Positions 28,528 to 37,975 of a stretch of DNA of 64,000 bases are shown one piece after another (positions within the stretch are counted from its first letter, which is position 1; every line of letters starts with the position of its first letter). Source of the stretch: an uncultured Eubacteriales bacterium (lineage in GTDB: Bacteria > Bacillota > Clostridia > Christensenellales > CAG-138); NCBI GenBank assembly GCA_902787375.1, contig CADAGD010000001.1, forward strand, positions 2,106-66,105, given 5' to 3'. Below the pieces are notes generated by a model. The model saw only the letters and a list, made by a program, of their open reading frames with translations, ran no database searches and had not been told where the DNA came from. The position numbers and the translations under genes were made by a program.

Positions 28528-30456
28528 ATGAAAAGAATTTTTTATATATTTATAAGTTTGATTATAGCGATTATGTCTGTCGTCCCATTATCGGTGCAGG
28601 CAACCGAACCGGTTGAAACAGCCGAAACTACCGAAACGATTGAAGCAACCGAAACAAATCACGCTGCAATCGACGAGATCGCTGCGATAACTACCCCTCA
28701 TATGATACTGTATGAGTCGGATTCAGGCTCTGTTCTCTATGAGAAGGAAGCGTATGCCAAGGCTTATCCCGCGAGCACAACAAAGATAATGACATGTATT
28801 GTAGCTCTTGAGAACTGCGGCGATGTCAATTCACAGTACACCTGCGGTTGGGAAGCTCAGAACGGATTTGGGCCCCAAAGCTCCTTGCTTGGACTCAAAT
28901 ACGGCTATGTTGTAACTATAAAGGATATGCTTTATGGACTGATGCTCTGTTCAGGCAACGATTGCGGAGCATGTCTGGCTGTAGCAACAGCAGGCTCCAT
29001 AGAAAACTTCGTTGAACTGATGAATAAAAAGGCTCAGGAAATAGGCATGACCGGGACGCATTATACAAACCCGCATGGACTTCATTCCGAAGAGCATTAC
29101 ACAACAGCATATGATATGGCTCTGCTGATGGATTATGCTTTAAAAAACGAGACATTTTGCGAAATAGCAAAGACGGTTGAATACTCAGTTGTCGAAGCAA
29201 ACGGCAAGTTTATTAAAACAATACAGACGTCAAACAAGCTTCTGTACACCAAGCCCGGCGTTGATACCGAGGACAATATATATGAGTATTGTATCGGCGG
29301 AAAGACGGGGGAGACAAATATTGCCGGCTACTGTGTTGTAGAAGCCGCTCGCAAGAACGGGGTCACATTGGTAGTGGTATTAATGGGTGATCCGAATCAG
29401 TATGTTACAAGCCCTTACTACCGTTTCAGGAACTCGGTTAAACTGTTTGAATATGGATTTGATCAGTTTGTTTGTTATAAAGGCGCTGAGCTTGCCGAAA
29501 AATTCAATGTAACAAACGCATTCAATATCCAGACTACCGGCTATCCCGAAAACGATCCCAACAACGGCTTGGTAACGGCTGCTGTTGATATAACCGATCT
29601 TGAACTGAAAGGGCTTAAATCCGAAATAGGTGAGCCCACGGCGCAGGACTTCGTATGGCATGAGCCTATTCTGGATGCTGAAGCCGTCGCCGCCCCTGTT
29701 ACAGCCGGCGATAAACTCGGAACCGTACAGCTCTTTTACCGTCAATCTCCGGGTACGGAGGAAAAGCTTTTGTTCGAGGGTGATTTGATTGCCGAAAGCG
29801 GAATGAACGCCGCGTCGGGGTCTGAAAACAAGAGCGATTCCTCAAATATCGTTGACGATGAAAAGAGCGGCAGACGCGACGTCTGCAACCTGAACATCAG
29901 CAAAAACGGCGGCAATCCCGAATATACGGTTTGGATGTATTATGAAAACACTCTGTTTACCATGCAGGATGGTCTGACGCAGCACTACTTGTATTGTGAC
30001 AATGATGTTTTCCGCTCGGCAAGGGTTCCTGCCACCGATTTCAGCGTTATAATCTACAGGGTCTCAACGGATGAAAGCGGAAACACGGTGTATGTACCCG
30101 ATTCTGCTGTTCAGCCCGGCGAAAGATACGTTATCGTATCATGCAAGAAAGCGTTAATGGCTGTCAAAAAAGGTCGCAGTCTTGAAGCCCGCGACGTTTC
30201 GATTGACGACGACGGCAACCTTACCGGAGTCATTCCCGATGAAGCTATTTGGACTTTTACTCCAAACGGTTCGGGTTATCAGCTTATGTCCAACGGTATG
30301 TATCTGCACAGGAGCGGCGGGGACGGCTTGCTTTTCTGGATATTGATAGCAGTCCTTGTTATTTCGCTCGCTGTCGTAATACACCTTCTCGTAACCGGAA
30401 AACGCAGAAAGCGCAATCCGAGAAGGCATGGACAGTATAAGATTTACCGTATGTGA
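28528..30456 (+). CDS. D-alanyl-D-alanine carboxypeptidase (peptidase S11, PBP5-like) with extra C-terminal domain and TM anchor
   Basis: Signal sequence 'MKRIFYIFISLIIAIMSVVPLSVQA'. SxxK 'PASTTKIM', SxN 'CSGND', KTG 'GGKTGE'. C-terminal TM 'LLFWILIAVLVISLAVVIHLLV' plus basic tail. ATG 28528 follows GGAGGA. The track ORF start at 28309 is an upstream read-through artefact. Confidence 0.85.
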   Translation: MKRIFYIFISLIIAIMSVVPLSVQATEPVETAETTETIEATETNHAAIDEIAAITTPHMILYESDSGSVLYEKEAYAKAYPASTTKIMTCIVALENCGDVNSQYTCGWEAQNGFGPQSSLLGLKYGYVVTIKDMLYGLMLCSGNDCGACLAVATAGSIENFVELMNKKAQEIGMTGTHYTNPHGLHSEEHYTTAYDMALLMDYALKNETFCEIAKTVEYSVVEANGKFIKTIQTSNKLLYTKPGVDTEDNIYEYCIGGKTGETNIAGYCVVEAARKNGVTLVVVLMGDPNQYVTSPYYRFRNSVKLFEYGFDQFVCYKGAELAEKFNVTNAFNIQTTGYPENDPNNGLVTAAVDITDLELKGLKSEIGEPTAQDFVWHEPILDAEAVAAPVTAGDKLGTVQLFYRQSPGTEEKLLFEGDLIAESGMNAASGSENKSDSSNIVDDEKSGRRDVCNLNISKNGGNPEYTVWMYYENTLFTMQDGLTQHYLYCDNDVFRSARVPATDFSVIIYRVSTDESGNTVYVPDSAVQPGERYVIVSCKKALMAVKKGRSLEARDVSIDDDGNLTGVIPDEAIWTFTPNGSGYQLMSNGMYLHRSGGDGLLFWILIAVLVISLAVVIHLLVTGKRRKRNPRRHGQYKIYRM

Positions 30457-30465
30457 TTTGCTTGC

Positions 30466-30488
30466 AAAAGCGGCTTTGCCGCTTTTTT
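30466..30488 (+). terminator. Rho-independent terminator after the carboxypeptidase gene
   Basis: 'aaaagcggc' - ttt - 'gccgctttt', followed by additional Ts. Confidence 0.8.
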
Positions 30489-30572
30489 CAACGCCGACAT
30501 TTAACTAATATTGTCGTATTAGTCATGTTCGGGGTCAATATGCTTTGAATCAGGGTTGTAAAGCACGGCTCA

Positions 30573-31325
30573 ATGTATTATAATTCGCTTATGCAGTATG
30601 GTAAATTTGCAATTTTATATGACACTTTGATGGGTAGTGTTGACTACGATGCTTGGGCAAATTATGTTTCAAGCTTTTTACGCGATGGAATCGTAATTCT
30701 TGAGTGTGCTTGCGGAACCGGTGAGATAAGCCTGAGGCTTTCCGAAAAGGGCTTTAATGTAACCGCAACCGATATCTCCGACGATATGCTCATAGTCGCT
30801 TCGGAGAAGCAGCGGCTTGCGGGTCTTGCGTCGTCAGGGCTTAGGTTTGTGAAGATGGACATGCGAAAGCTTTCGTTTCACAAAAAGGCAGATGCTGTCA
30901 TATCATGCTGTGACGGGGTGAATTATCTTACAAGCCGCGAAGACGTCAAGCATTTCTTTACTTCCGCTTATGAAGTATTGAAGCCCGGAGGACTCTTGCT
31001 CTTTGACATATCGTCAAGGTATAAGCTTGAAAGCGTATTGGGCGGCAGCTGCTTTGCGGATAACGGAAAGGATATCGCATATATGTGGCAGAATACATAC
31101 GATACCGAATCAAAGCTTATAAGTATGGAATTATCCTTTTTCACACGCCGCGGCGATTTATATGAGCGGTTTGATGAAACCCACATACAAAGGGCGCACT
31201 CCATGCGCGAAATCGGCTCATGGCTGAACGAAACAGGCTTTGAGTATGAGGCGTTCAAATGCTTTACAACGGAGCCTGTGGGCTCAACTGATGAAAGAAT
31301 ACAGTTTTTAGCGAGGAAAAAATGA
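30573..31325 (+). CDS. Class I SAM-dependent methyltransferase
   Basis: 250 aa. Motif I 'ILECACGTGEISLRL', 'LKPGGLLLFD'. Start uncertain because no clear RBS is present. Confidence 0.78.
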   Translation: MYYNSLMQYGKFAILYDTLMGSVDYDAWANYVSSFLRDGIVILECACGTGEISLRLSEKGFNVTATDISDDMLIVASEKQRLAGLASSGLRFVKMDMRKLSFHKKADAVISCCDGVNYLTSREDVKHFFTSAYEVLKPGGLLLFDISSRYKLESVLGGSCFADNGKDIAYMWQNTYDTESKLISMELSFFTRRGDLYERFDETHIQRAHSMREIGSWLNETGFEYEAFKCFTTEPVGSTDERIQFLARKK

Positions 31326-32275
31326 TGATAAGCTCTGAGAATATTAATGAAACCAACGAGAATATGTCCTCTGAAGATGTTGTGATAAGGGGACTTCTGT
31401 TTAATGGAGCGGTAAATCTGACTGCAATATCCGGTCGTACGCTTGTTGAAACCGCAAGGCAGGCGCATGGTCTGTCCCATGTGTGTACCGCCGCGCTCGG
31501 ACGGCTTCTGATGCAGACCGCCATGATGAGCGTTCAGCTCAAGAATTCAACCGATAATTTGACTGTCATTTTTGACGGAAACGGAGCCGGAGGAAAAATC
31601 GTGGCAGTCGGACATGAGGGAGGGCGTGTCAAGGGATATGTCGATAATCCCTCGGTTGAGCTTCCCCTTAAAGCAAACGGCAAGCTTGATGTTTCGGGTG
31701 TTGTCGGAACGGATGGAGAACTGCGAATAATAAGGGATCTTTCGCTCAAGGAGCCGTATGTCGGCAGATGCGCCATAACCGACGGTGAGATAGCAAATGA
31801 TTTTGCCAACTATTTTGTTGTAAGCGAACAGCAGCCGTCCCTTGTTTATCTCGGCGTCAGAGTTGATCCCGCGACAGGCGAAGTACGCGCCGCGTCGGGA
31901 ATAATGCTTCAGCCGCTCCCGTTCTGTCCCGATGAGCATATTACCGCTCTTGAAAGCAGAACATCCGAAATCTCAAAGCTTACACGTCTGATCGAAGAGG
32001 GCGGCAAGCTCGAAGCCGTTCTGCTCGACATACTCGGCGATATTGATATTGAGATTACGGAAACAACACAACCCATGTTTTCATGTGATTGTTCAAGAGA
32101 GAAGATCGAAGCTGCTTTAATATCAATGGGACGCGCCGAGCTTTCGGACATAATCGAAAAGGATGGCAAGGCAGAACTCGTATGCCGCTTCTGTGACAGA
32201 AAATACAATTTTACCCGTGAGGAACTTACCGAGCTTCTGAATGAAGCTGAAACGAAAGAGGATGTAAATGACTGA
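31322..32275 (+). CDS. hslO: Redox-regulated chaperone Hsp33
   Basis: C-terminal zinc/redox switch 'CDCSREK...CRFCDRKY'. ATGA overlap with the upstream gene. The true start may be a downstream Met near 31364. Confidence 0.9.
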   Translation: MMISSENINETNENMSSEDVVIRGLLFNGAVNLTAISGRTLVETARQAHGLSHVCTAALGRLLMQTAMMSVQLKNSTDNLTVIFDGNGAGGKIVAVGHEGGRVKGYVDNPSVELPLKANGKLDVSGVVGTDGELRIIRDLSLKEPYVGRCAITDGEIANDFANYFVVSEQQPSLVYLGVRVDPATGEVRAASGIMLQPLPFCPDEHITALESRTSEISKLTRLIEEGGKLEAVLLDILGDIDIEITETTQPMFSCDCSREKIEAALISMGRAELSDIIEKDGKAELVCRFCDRKYNFTREELTELLNEAETKEDVND

Positions 32276-34046
32276 GGGCTTTGACAAGGAAAAAAGCGGA
32301 GCGGGCAAAATACTGCACTTTGAGAGGGATTCAGCCTTCTATGCAAAGCGCGGTGACGCCAAACGCGCCCAAAATGATCTTGTCAGTGCCATATCAATGT
32401 ATATGGAAGCCTTGGAGCGTTCTCCGCATGACTATGATACGAGGCTTGCGGCGGCGGAGATACTCACCGACATGTCAAGATTCAACGATTCCAATAAGCT
32501 GCTTATACCTTACATGCATGAGGACGAGGAGTTTTGCAAGGACGCATATTGCATTGTTGGATTTAACATGCTCGGAATGGGAGAGTATGACGGCGCACGC
32601 GGATGCTTCGAACGCTTTTTTGAACTCACCGATGAGGTTTCGGAAAGAACCGACGCTATACTCGACGCGCTTGATTATATAGAGTCATTGGAGTTGGAGC
32701 AGCCTGTTTTGAAGGACGCGGCAAATGTCGAATATGAATCCCGTATTTTGGAAGCGACAAAGGCTTTTGAAAACGATGATTTCACACGTTCGGAAAGTAT
32801 TCTCAAAAGCCTGTCAGCCGAGTACCCTCAGAATACAGATATTCTCTACAGGCTTGCTCTATCCTGTCTCTGCCAGAATAAGATCAGGGAGTGCGATGAG
32901 TATATTTCGGAACTTATAAGGATGGATGAAAACAACTGGTCGGCTCTTGGAATGAAGCTGATGTGCGCAAAAGCACTTAACAATGAGCTTGAAATGTCAA
33001 GGCTCAGTAAAAAGCTTGAGGATTGCAGCTCGATGGTACCAGAAGATTTGCTTAGGGTCAACGGCGCTTTGGTAGAGGTCGGCTGTCTTGAAGGCGCTTT
33101 GAAAGCCGCTCTGAAGCTCAGAAAGCTCCTGCCTTACGATACCCTCTCAAACCACAGGCTTGCTGTCTGCTACATGGGACTGAAGCAGTTTTCAAAGGCT
33201 GCCGATATATACGGTTTCCTTCTGCGAATTGACAGGAATGACAGAATAGCAAGGTTTTATCGCTCATACTGTATTGAAGCCGCTGTAAAACCGGGGCGGG
33301 AGACTTTTCTGATTCCGTCAATAGTTCAGTATCAGCTTCCGTTTGACGTAATAATGGATGATGTAAAAAAGCTTCTTGACATTAACCGTATTGGCGGTGC
33401 GGAGCGGATAGCCGAAAAATGGGAGAACGATGATGATTTCAGCGCAATTGTCAGGTGGGCTTTCAGCTTAAATGAGTTTAACATAACTCATGCCATGTTT
33501 GCTGTTTTACAACTTGTAAACGATTCTAAGGCTGAGCATATAGTCAGGGAAGTGCTGTCCGATATTGATATTCGTGACTCGGTAATAAACGAAGGTCTTG
33601 GGACATTGAAGCGCATGGGAGCGCATGAGCCGTTTTTTGCGATAACGGGAGGACGTCTGCTTGAGGGCAAAGTCAATATTGTCGATCTGTCGGAGCTTCA
33701 TGTTCCCAAATCATACCGTGATATTTTCATTCGCATACATAAGCAAGCCAACGATCTCTTGAATGAAGAGGTTATGAGTGTGGCTTCAAGCCTTGCAGAA
33801 AGATTCATAATGTGTTCACTCGGCAGCTTTAAGCCGCTTTCAAAGGAGCAATCCGAGGCACTTTCCGCCGCGATCGAGTTTCTTGCCTGTGAACGCTGCA
33901 ATGTAATCGTGAGGGACGATCTTCTTGAGCGGTACGGAGTTACCGAGAAGCGACTTTCAAACGCCATTGACAGAATAATAAAAGCCTTTGTCGGAGAAGC
34001 GGAAGATAAGGGTCTCGACACCGATAACGGGGGAGATGACAAATGA
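32268..34046 (+). CDS. TPR-repeat protein of unknown function
   Basis: 592 aa, helical-repeat composition. 8-nt overlap with hslO and 4-nt overlap with the next gene. Confidence 0.6.
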   Translation: MTEGFDKEKSGAGKILHFERDSAFYAKRGDAKRAQNDLVSAISMYMEALERSPHDYDTRLAAAEILTDMSRFNDSNKLLIPYMHEDEEFCKDAYCIVGFNMLGMGEYDGARGCFERFFELTDEVSERTDAILDALDYIESLELEQPVLKDAANVEYESRILEATKAFENDDFTRSESILKSLSAEYPQNTDILYRLALSCLCQNKIRECDEYISELIRMDENNWSALGMKLMCAKALNNELEMSRLSKKLEDCSSMVPEDLLRVNGALVEVGCLEGALKAALKLRKLLPYDTLSNHRLAVCYMGLKQFSKAADIYGFLLRIDRNDRIARFYRSYCIEAAVKPGRETFLIPSIVQYQLPFDVIMDDVKKLLDINRIGGAERIAEKWENDDDFSAIVRWAFSLNEFNITHAMFAVLQLVNDSKAEHIVREVLSDIDIRDSVINEGLGTLKRMGAHEPFFAITGGRLLEGKVNIVDLSELHVPKSYRDIFIRIHKQANDLLNEEVMSVASSLAERFIMCSLGSFKPLSKEQSEALSAAIEFLACERCNVIVRDDLLERYGVTEKRLSNAIDRIIKAFVGEAEDKGLDTDNGGDDK

Positions 34047-35167
34047 TGAGGTTTATTGCGACATGTAAGTTGGGTCTTGAGTCCGTTGTGGTCAACGAGC
34101 TGAAAAAGCTTGATATAGAGATTGAGTCTGTACGCGATGCAAATATAATCTTTTTCGGAGATTTTTTTGCCATGGCGAGGGCATGCATATGGCTTCGTTC
34201 GGCGGAGCGCGTGCTGATGATTGTCGATGAATTTCATGCCGAAACATTCGAGCAGCTTTACACGGGAATAAAAAACGTAAAGTGGCAGGATTACATAGGC
34301 AGAAACAGCTTCATTCACGTCAAGGGAAAGTCCGCAAAGAGCAAGCTTTTTTCGGTGTCCGACTGCCAGAGAATTGCAAAAAAGGCCATTGTCGATTCGC
34401 TGTTCGAGGCTTATCATACCCATAATCTTCCCGAAACCGGCGATGAAATCATAGTCGAAATAGGACTTTTCAAGGATGAGGTAACCGCCGCTCTTGACTG
34501 CTGCGGCGCAGGACTTACAAGGCGCGGCTACAAAACATGGAATGTTGACGCTCCCATAGCCGAGACACTCGGTGCGGCTATGGTTCAGCTTTCCAGATAC
34601 AGCGGTGATGTGCCGTTGATTGATCCCATGTGCGGTTCGGGTACAATGCCTATCGAAGCGGCTATGATAGCAAAAAACATGGCTGTGGGCTTAAAGCGCG
34701 GTTTTGCCGCCGAGAGTTGGGGATTTATTGATAATGGATGCTTTGACATGGCGCGTGAGCAGGCGAGGGACAGCATTATATCGACCGACCCTGACATACT
34801 CGGATGCGACATAGACGGGAAAGCAATCGAGATATGCAAAAAACATGCTAAAGAGGCGGGCGTGAACATAAGATGGATGGTAAGACCCATAGAAAGGTTT
34901 GAAGCATCCGGCACCGGCGGCATAATAGTCTGCAATCCTCCATACGGGAGAAGGCTTTTGGAAATACGAGAGGCTGAAAAGCTGTACCGTGTAATGCGCG
35001 ATCGCTTTGACAGGTACACTCATTGGGATAAGAACATAATTACCTCTCATAATGAGTTTGAAAAGATATACGGCAGAAAAGCCGACAGACGCAGAAAGCT
35101 CTCGAACGGAGGCTTGGTATGCACGCTGTACCGCTATTTTGCCGAGGACGGATTCGTTAAGGACTGA
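34043..35167 (+). CDS. THUMP-domain class I SAM-dependent RNA methyltransferase (RlmL/YpsC-like)
   Basis: 374 aa. N-terminal THUMP-like region, motif I 'DPMCGSGTMPIEA', motif IV 'NPPYGRRL'. Confidence 0.85.
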   Translation: MMRFIATCKLGLESVVVNELKKLDIEIESVRDANIIFFGDFFAMARACIWLRSAERVLMIVDEFHAETFEQLYTGIKNVKWQDYIGRNSFIHVKGKSAKSKLFSVSDCQRIAKKAIVDSLFEAYHTHNLPETGDEIIVEIGLFKDEVTAALDCCGAGLTRRGYKTWNVDAPIAETLGAAMVQLSRYSGDVPLIDPMCGSGTMPIEAAMIAKNMAVGLKRGFAAESWGFIDNGCFDMAREQARDSIISTDPDILGCDIDGKAIEICKKHAKEAGVNIRWMVRPIERFEASGTGGIIVCNPPYGRRLLEIREAEKLYRVMRDRFDRYTHWDKNIITSHNEFEKIYGRKADRRRKLSNGGLVCTLYRYFAEDGFVKD

Positions 35168-35218
35168 TCGGCTCTGACGCATTTACTGAAAGCAACAGCC
35201 TGATTTCGCAATTTATAC

Positions 35219-35247
35219 TTGACAGATTATAAATCGGCATGTATAAT
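35219..35247 (+). promoter_or_regulatory. Sigma-A promoter of the leuS leader
   Basis: TTGACA (35219-35224), 17 nt, TATAAT (35242-35247). Confidence 0.75.
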
Positions 35248-35261
35248 AATACTATAATATA

Positions 35262-35496
35262 TGGCTGAGAAGCGGAGCAGTAGGTAAAGAGCCCTTTTAA
35301 GAGAGCCGGCGTTTGGTGTGAGCCGGTATTGGCATTATCGAATCTCGCCGTGGAGCCTTCAACCTGAAACAGCAGTAGGGTTGGCGTAGACCGGGCGTTA
35401 ACCGGAATCAAGTGAGTGCGTTTTGCACTAACCGGAGTGGTACCGCGGAGTAAACTATACTTCGTCTCCTTGTGGGGGACGAAGTTTTATTTTTAA
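35262..35496 (+). ncRNA. T-box leader (tRNA-Leu sensing) with terminator
   Basis: Stem I elements 'AGTAGG', 'AGAGAG' and distal 'TGGTGTGAG'. Candidate specifier CUC at 35344-35346 in 'GAAUCUCG'. T-box sequence 'AGTGGTACCGCGG' (35435-35448). Terminator 'ttcgtctcc..ggggacgaa' followed by 'ttttattttt' (35461-35495). Lies immediately upstream of leuS. Confidence 0.88.
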
Positions 35497-35506
35497 GGAG
35501 AACAGT

Positions 35507-37915
35507 ATGGCAGTTGAAAGATACGATCATATCGCCATTGAAAAGAAATGGCAGGACAGATGGAACAAAGCGCATTGCTTCGAGGCAAAGAATGATTTCA
35601 GTCTTCCGAAGTTCTATGCACTTATTGAGTTCCCCTTCCCAAGCGGAGCGGGTCTGCATGTAGGTCATCCGAGACCTTACACGGCGTTGGACGTCGTTTC
35701 GAGAAAGAAAAGACTTGAGGGATATAATGTATTGTTCCCGATAGGTTATGACAGCTTCGGACTTCCCACGGAGAACTATGCTATAAAAACGGGCGAACAT
35801 CCCAAGAGCGTTACGGAAAGAAATATCTCCGTTTTCCATAACCAGCTCCAAATGCTCGGCATGAGCTTTGACTGGTCAAGGGAAATATTCACCTCCGATC
35901 CCGAATACTACAAGTGGACGCAATGGATATTCATAAAGCTGTTTGAAAAGGGTTTGGCATATAAAGCTGAGCTTCCTATAAATTTCTGTACCTCCTGCAA
36001 GGTTGGTCTTGCAAACGAGGAGGTTGTCGATGGAACATGCGAACGCTGCGGTGCGCCCGTCGTCCGCTTGGTGCGCAGCCAGTGGATGCTCAAAATAACG
36101 GAGTATGCCGACAGGCTCATCGACGATCTTGATAAGATAGATTTTGCCGAACGCATTAAAACCACCCAGAGAAACTGGATCGGACGAAGCACAGGCGCGG
36201 AAGTGACGTTTAAAATCGACGGCTACGATGATGGCTTGAAAATCTATACGACAAGACCCGACACCATGTTTGGCGCAACGTATATGGTAATCGCGCCTGA
36301 GCATCCGCTTGTTGACGCTCTGAAAGACAGAATTCAAAATATGGACGAGGTGCTGGAATACCGTGAACAGGCGTCCCATAAGAGCGATTTTGAGAGAAGC
36401 GAGCTTGCCAAGGATAAGACCGGTGTTCCGCTCAAGGGCGTATGCGCCATAAATCCGTGTACGAACAAGCCCATTCCCGTATGGATTTCGGATTATGTTC
36501 TGATGGGATACGGCACAGGCGCTATAATGGCTGTTCCCGGACATGATACAAGGGACTGGGAGTTTGCAAAGAAATTCGACTTGCCCATTATAGAGGTTGT
36601 TGCCGGCGGTGATGTCGATAAGGAAGCCTTTACCGATTGCGAAAGCGGTGTGCTTGTCAACTCGGATTTCCTTAACGGTATGCAGGTTGAGGACGCGAAG
36701 AAAGCCATAATCGACTATCTTGAGGAAAAGGGCATAGGTCATAAGAAGACAAACTATAAGCTGCGCGACTGGCTGTTCTCACGTCAGCGTTACTGGGGCG
36801 AGCCAATTCCTCTCGTCTACTGCGAGCATTGCGGCTGGGTTCCCGTGCCTGAGGATCAGCTTCCTCTCCAGCTTCCAGATGTGGAAAACTACAAACCGGC
36901 AGATGATGGCTCATCGGCACTTGCCAAGGCAACCGAATGGATACATACCACATGCCCCAAGTGCGGTGCGCCCGCAGAGCGTGAGATAGATACCATGCCT
37001 AACTGGGCAGGCTCAAGCTGGTACTTCCTGAGGTACTGTGATCCTCACAATGACAAATGCCTTGCCGATAAGAAGGCCCTCGATTACTGGATGCCCGTCG
37101 ATTGGTATAACGGAGGTATGGAGCATACCACGCTGCATCTGCTGTATTCAAGGTTCTGGCATAAATTCCTCTATGACATAGGCGTTGTGGATTGTCCCGA
37201 ACCCTATCTCAAGCGCACAAGTCACGGCATGATACTTGCCGAGGATGGCAGAAAGATGAGCAAGAGCTTCGGCAATGTCATAAATCCCGACGATCTGTGC
37301 AAATCGCTCGGCGCAGACACCGTAAGGCTTTATGAAATGTTCATCGGGGCTTTTGAGCAGACCATACCTTGGAGTACAAGCGGCGTTATGGGATGCCGTC
37401 GATTCCTTGAGCGCGTATGGCGTATGCTGGACATGGTAAACGGCAAAGGCGAACGTCCTGAAATGCGCTGTTCGCTGCATACCTGCATTAAAAAGGTAAC
37501 CGAGGATATAGAGCGCATGAAGTTCAATACGGCTATAGCGGCTATGATGAGCTTTGTAAATGACATCTACTCCAACGGAAGCATCACGATGGATGAACTG
37601 CGCACATTGCTGATACTCCTCGATCCGTTCGCACCGCATATATCCGAGGAGATGAATGAGCTGCTTGGATTCAGTCCGATTTATGAAGCAAAGTGGCCTG
37701 AATGGGATGAAGCGGCATTTATCAAAAACGAGCAGGAGCTGGGCATTCAGGTCAACGGCAAGCTCAGAGTCAGGATGACCGTGCCTGCCAATATAGCAGC
37801 CGATGAGCTTCAAAAGCTTGTTATGAGCAATCCTGAGCTTGCTCCATGGATCGAAGGAAAAACCTTAAAGAAATTCATTGCGGTAAAGAACATAGTAAAC
37901 GTAGTAATGGTCTGA
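35507..37915 (+). CDS. leuS: Leucine--tRNA ligase
   Basis: 802 aa. HIGH 'HVGHPRPY', 'KMSKS'. Confidence 0.97.
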   Translation: MAVERYDHIAIEKKWQDRWNKAHCFEAKNDFSLPKFYALIEFPFPSGAGLHVGHPRPYTALDVVSRKKRLEGYNVLFPIGYDSFGLPTENYAIKTGEHPKSVTERNISVFHNQLQMLGMSFDWSREIFTSDPEYYKWTQWIFIKLFEKGLAYKAELPINFCTSCKVGLANEEVVDGTCERCGAPVVRLVRSQWMLKITEYADRLIDDLDKIDFAERIKTTQRNWIGRSTGAEVTFKIDGYDDGLKIYTTRPDTMFGATYMVIAPEHPLVDALKDRIQNMDEVLEYREQASHKSDFERSELAKDKTGVPLKGVCAINPCTNKPIPVWISDYVLMGYGTGAIMAVPGHDTRDWEFAKKFDLPIIEVVAGGDVDKEAFTDCESGVLVNSDFLNGMQVEDAKKAIIDYLEEKGIGHKKTNYKLRDWLFSRQRYWGEPIPLVYCEHCGWVPVPEDQLPLQLPDVENYKPADDGSSALAKATEWIHTTCPKCGAPAEREIDTMPNWAGSSWYFLRYCDPHNDKCLADKKALDYWMPVDWYNGGMEHTTLHLLYSRFWHKFLYDIGVVDCPEPYLKRTSHGMILAEDGRKMSKSFGNVINPDDLCKSLGADTVRLYEMFIGAFEQTIPWSTSGVMGCRRFLERVWRMLDMVNGKGERPEMRCSLHTCIKKVTEDIERMKFNTAIAAMMSFVNDIYSNGSITMDELRTLLILLDPFAPHISEEMNELLGFSPIYEAKWPEWDEAAFIKNEQELGIQVNGKLRVRMTVPANIAADELQKLVMSNPELAPWIEGKTLKKFIAVKNIVNVVMV

Positions 37916-37926
37916 GTATAAGAGAA

Positions 37927-37960
37927 TTGGGCGTGTGCCATCCGGCGCACGCTCAATTGT
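37927..37960 (+). terminator. Strong hairpin after leuS (no U tract)
   Basis: 15-bp stem 37927-37941 / 37946-37960 (two G-U pairs), loop 'atcc'. The 3' arm ends 3 nt before the GGAGG of the next gene. Confidence 0.4.
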
Positions 37961-37975
37961 TCAGGAGGTGTCCAT

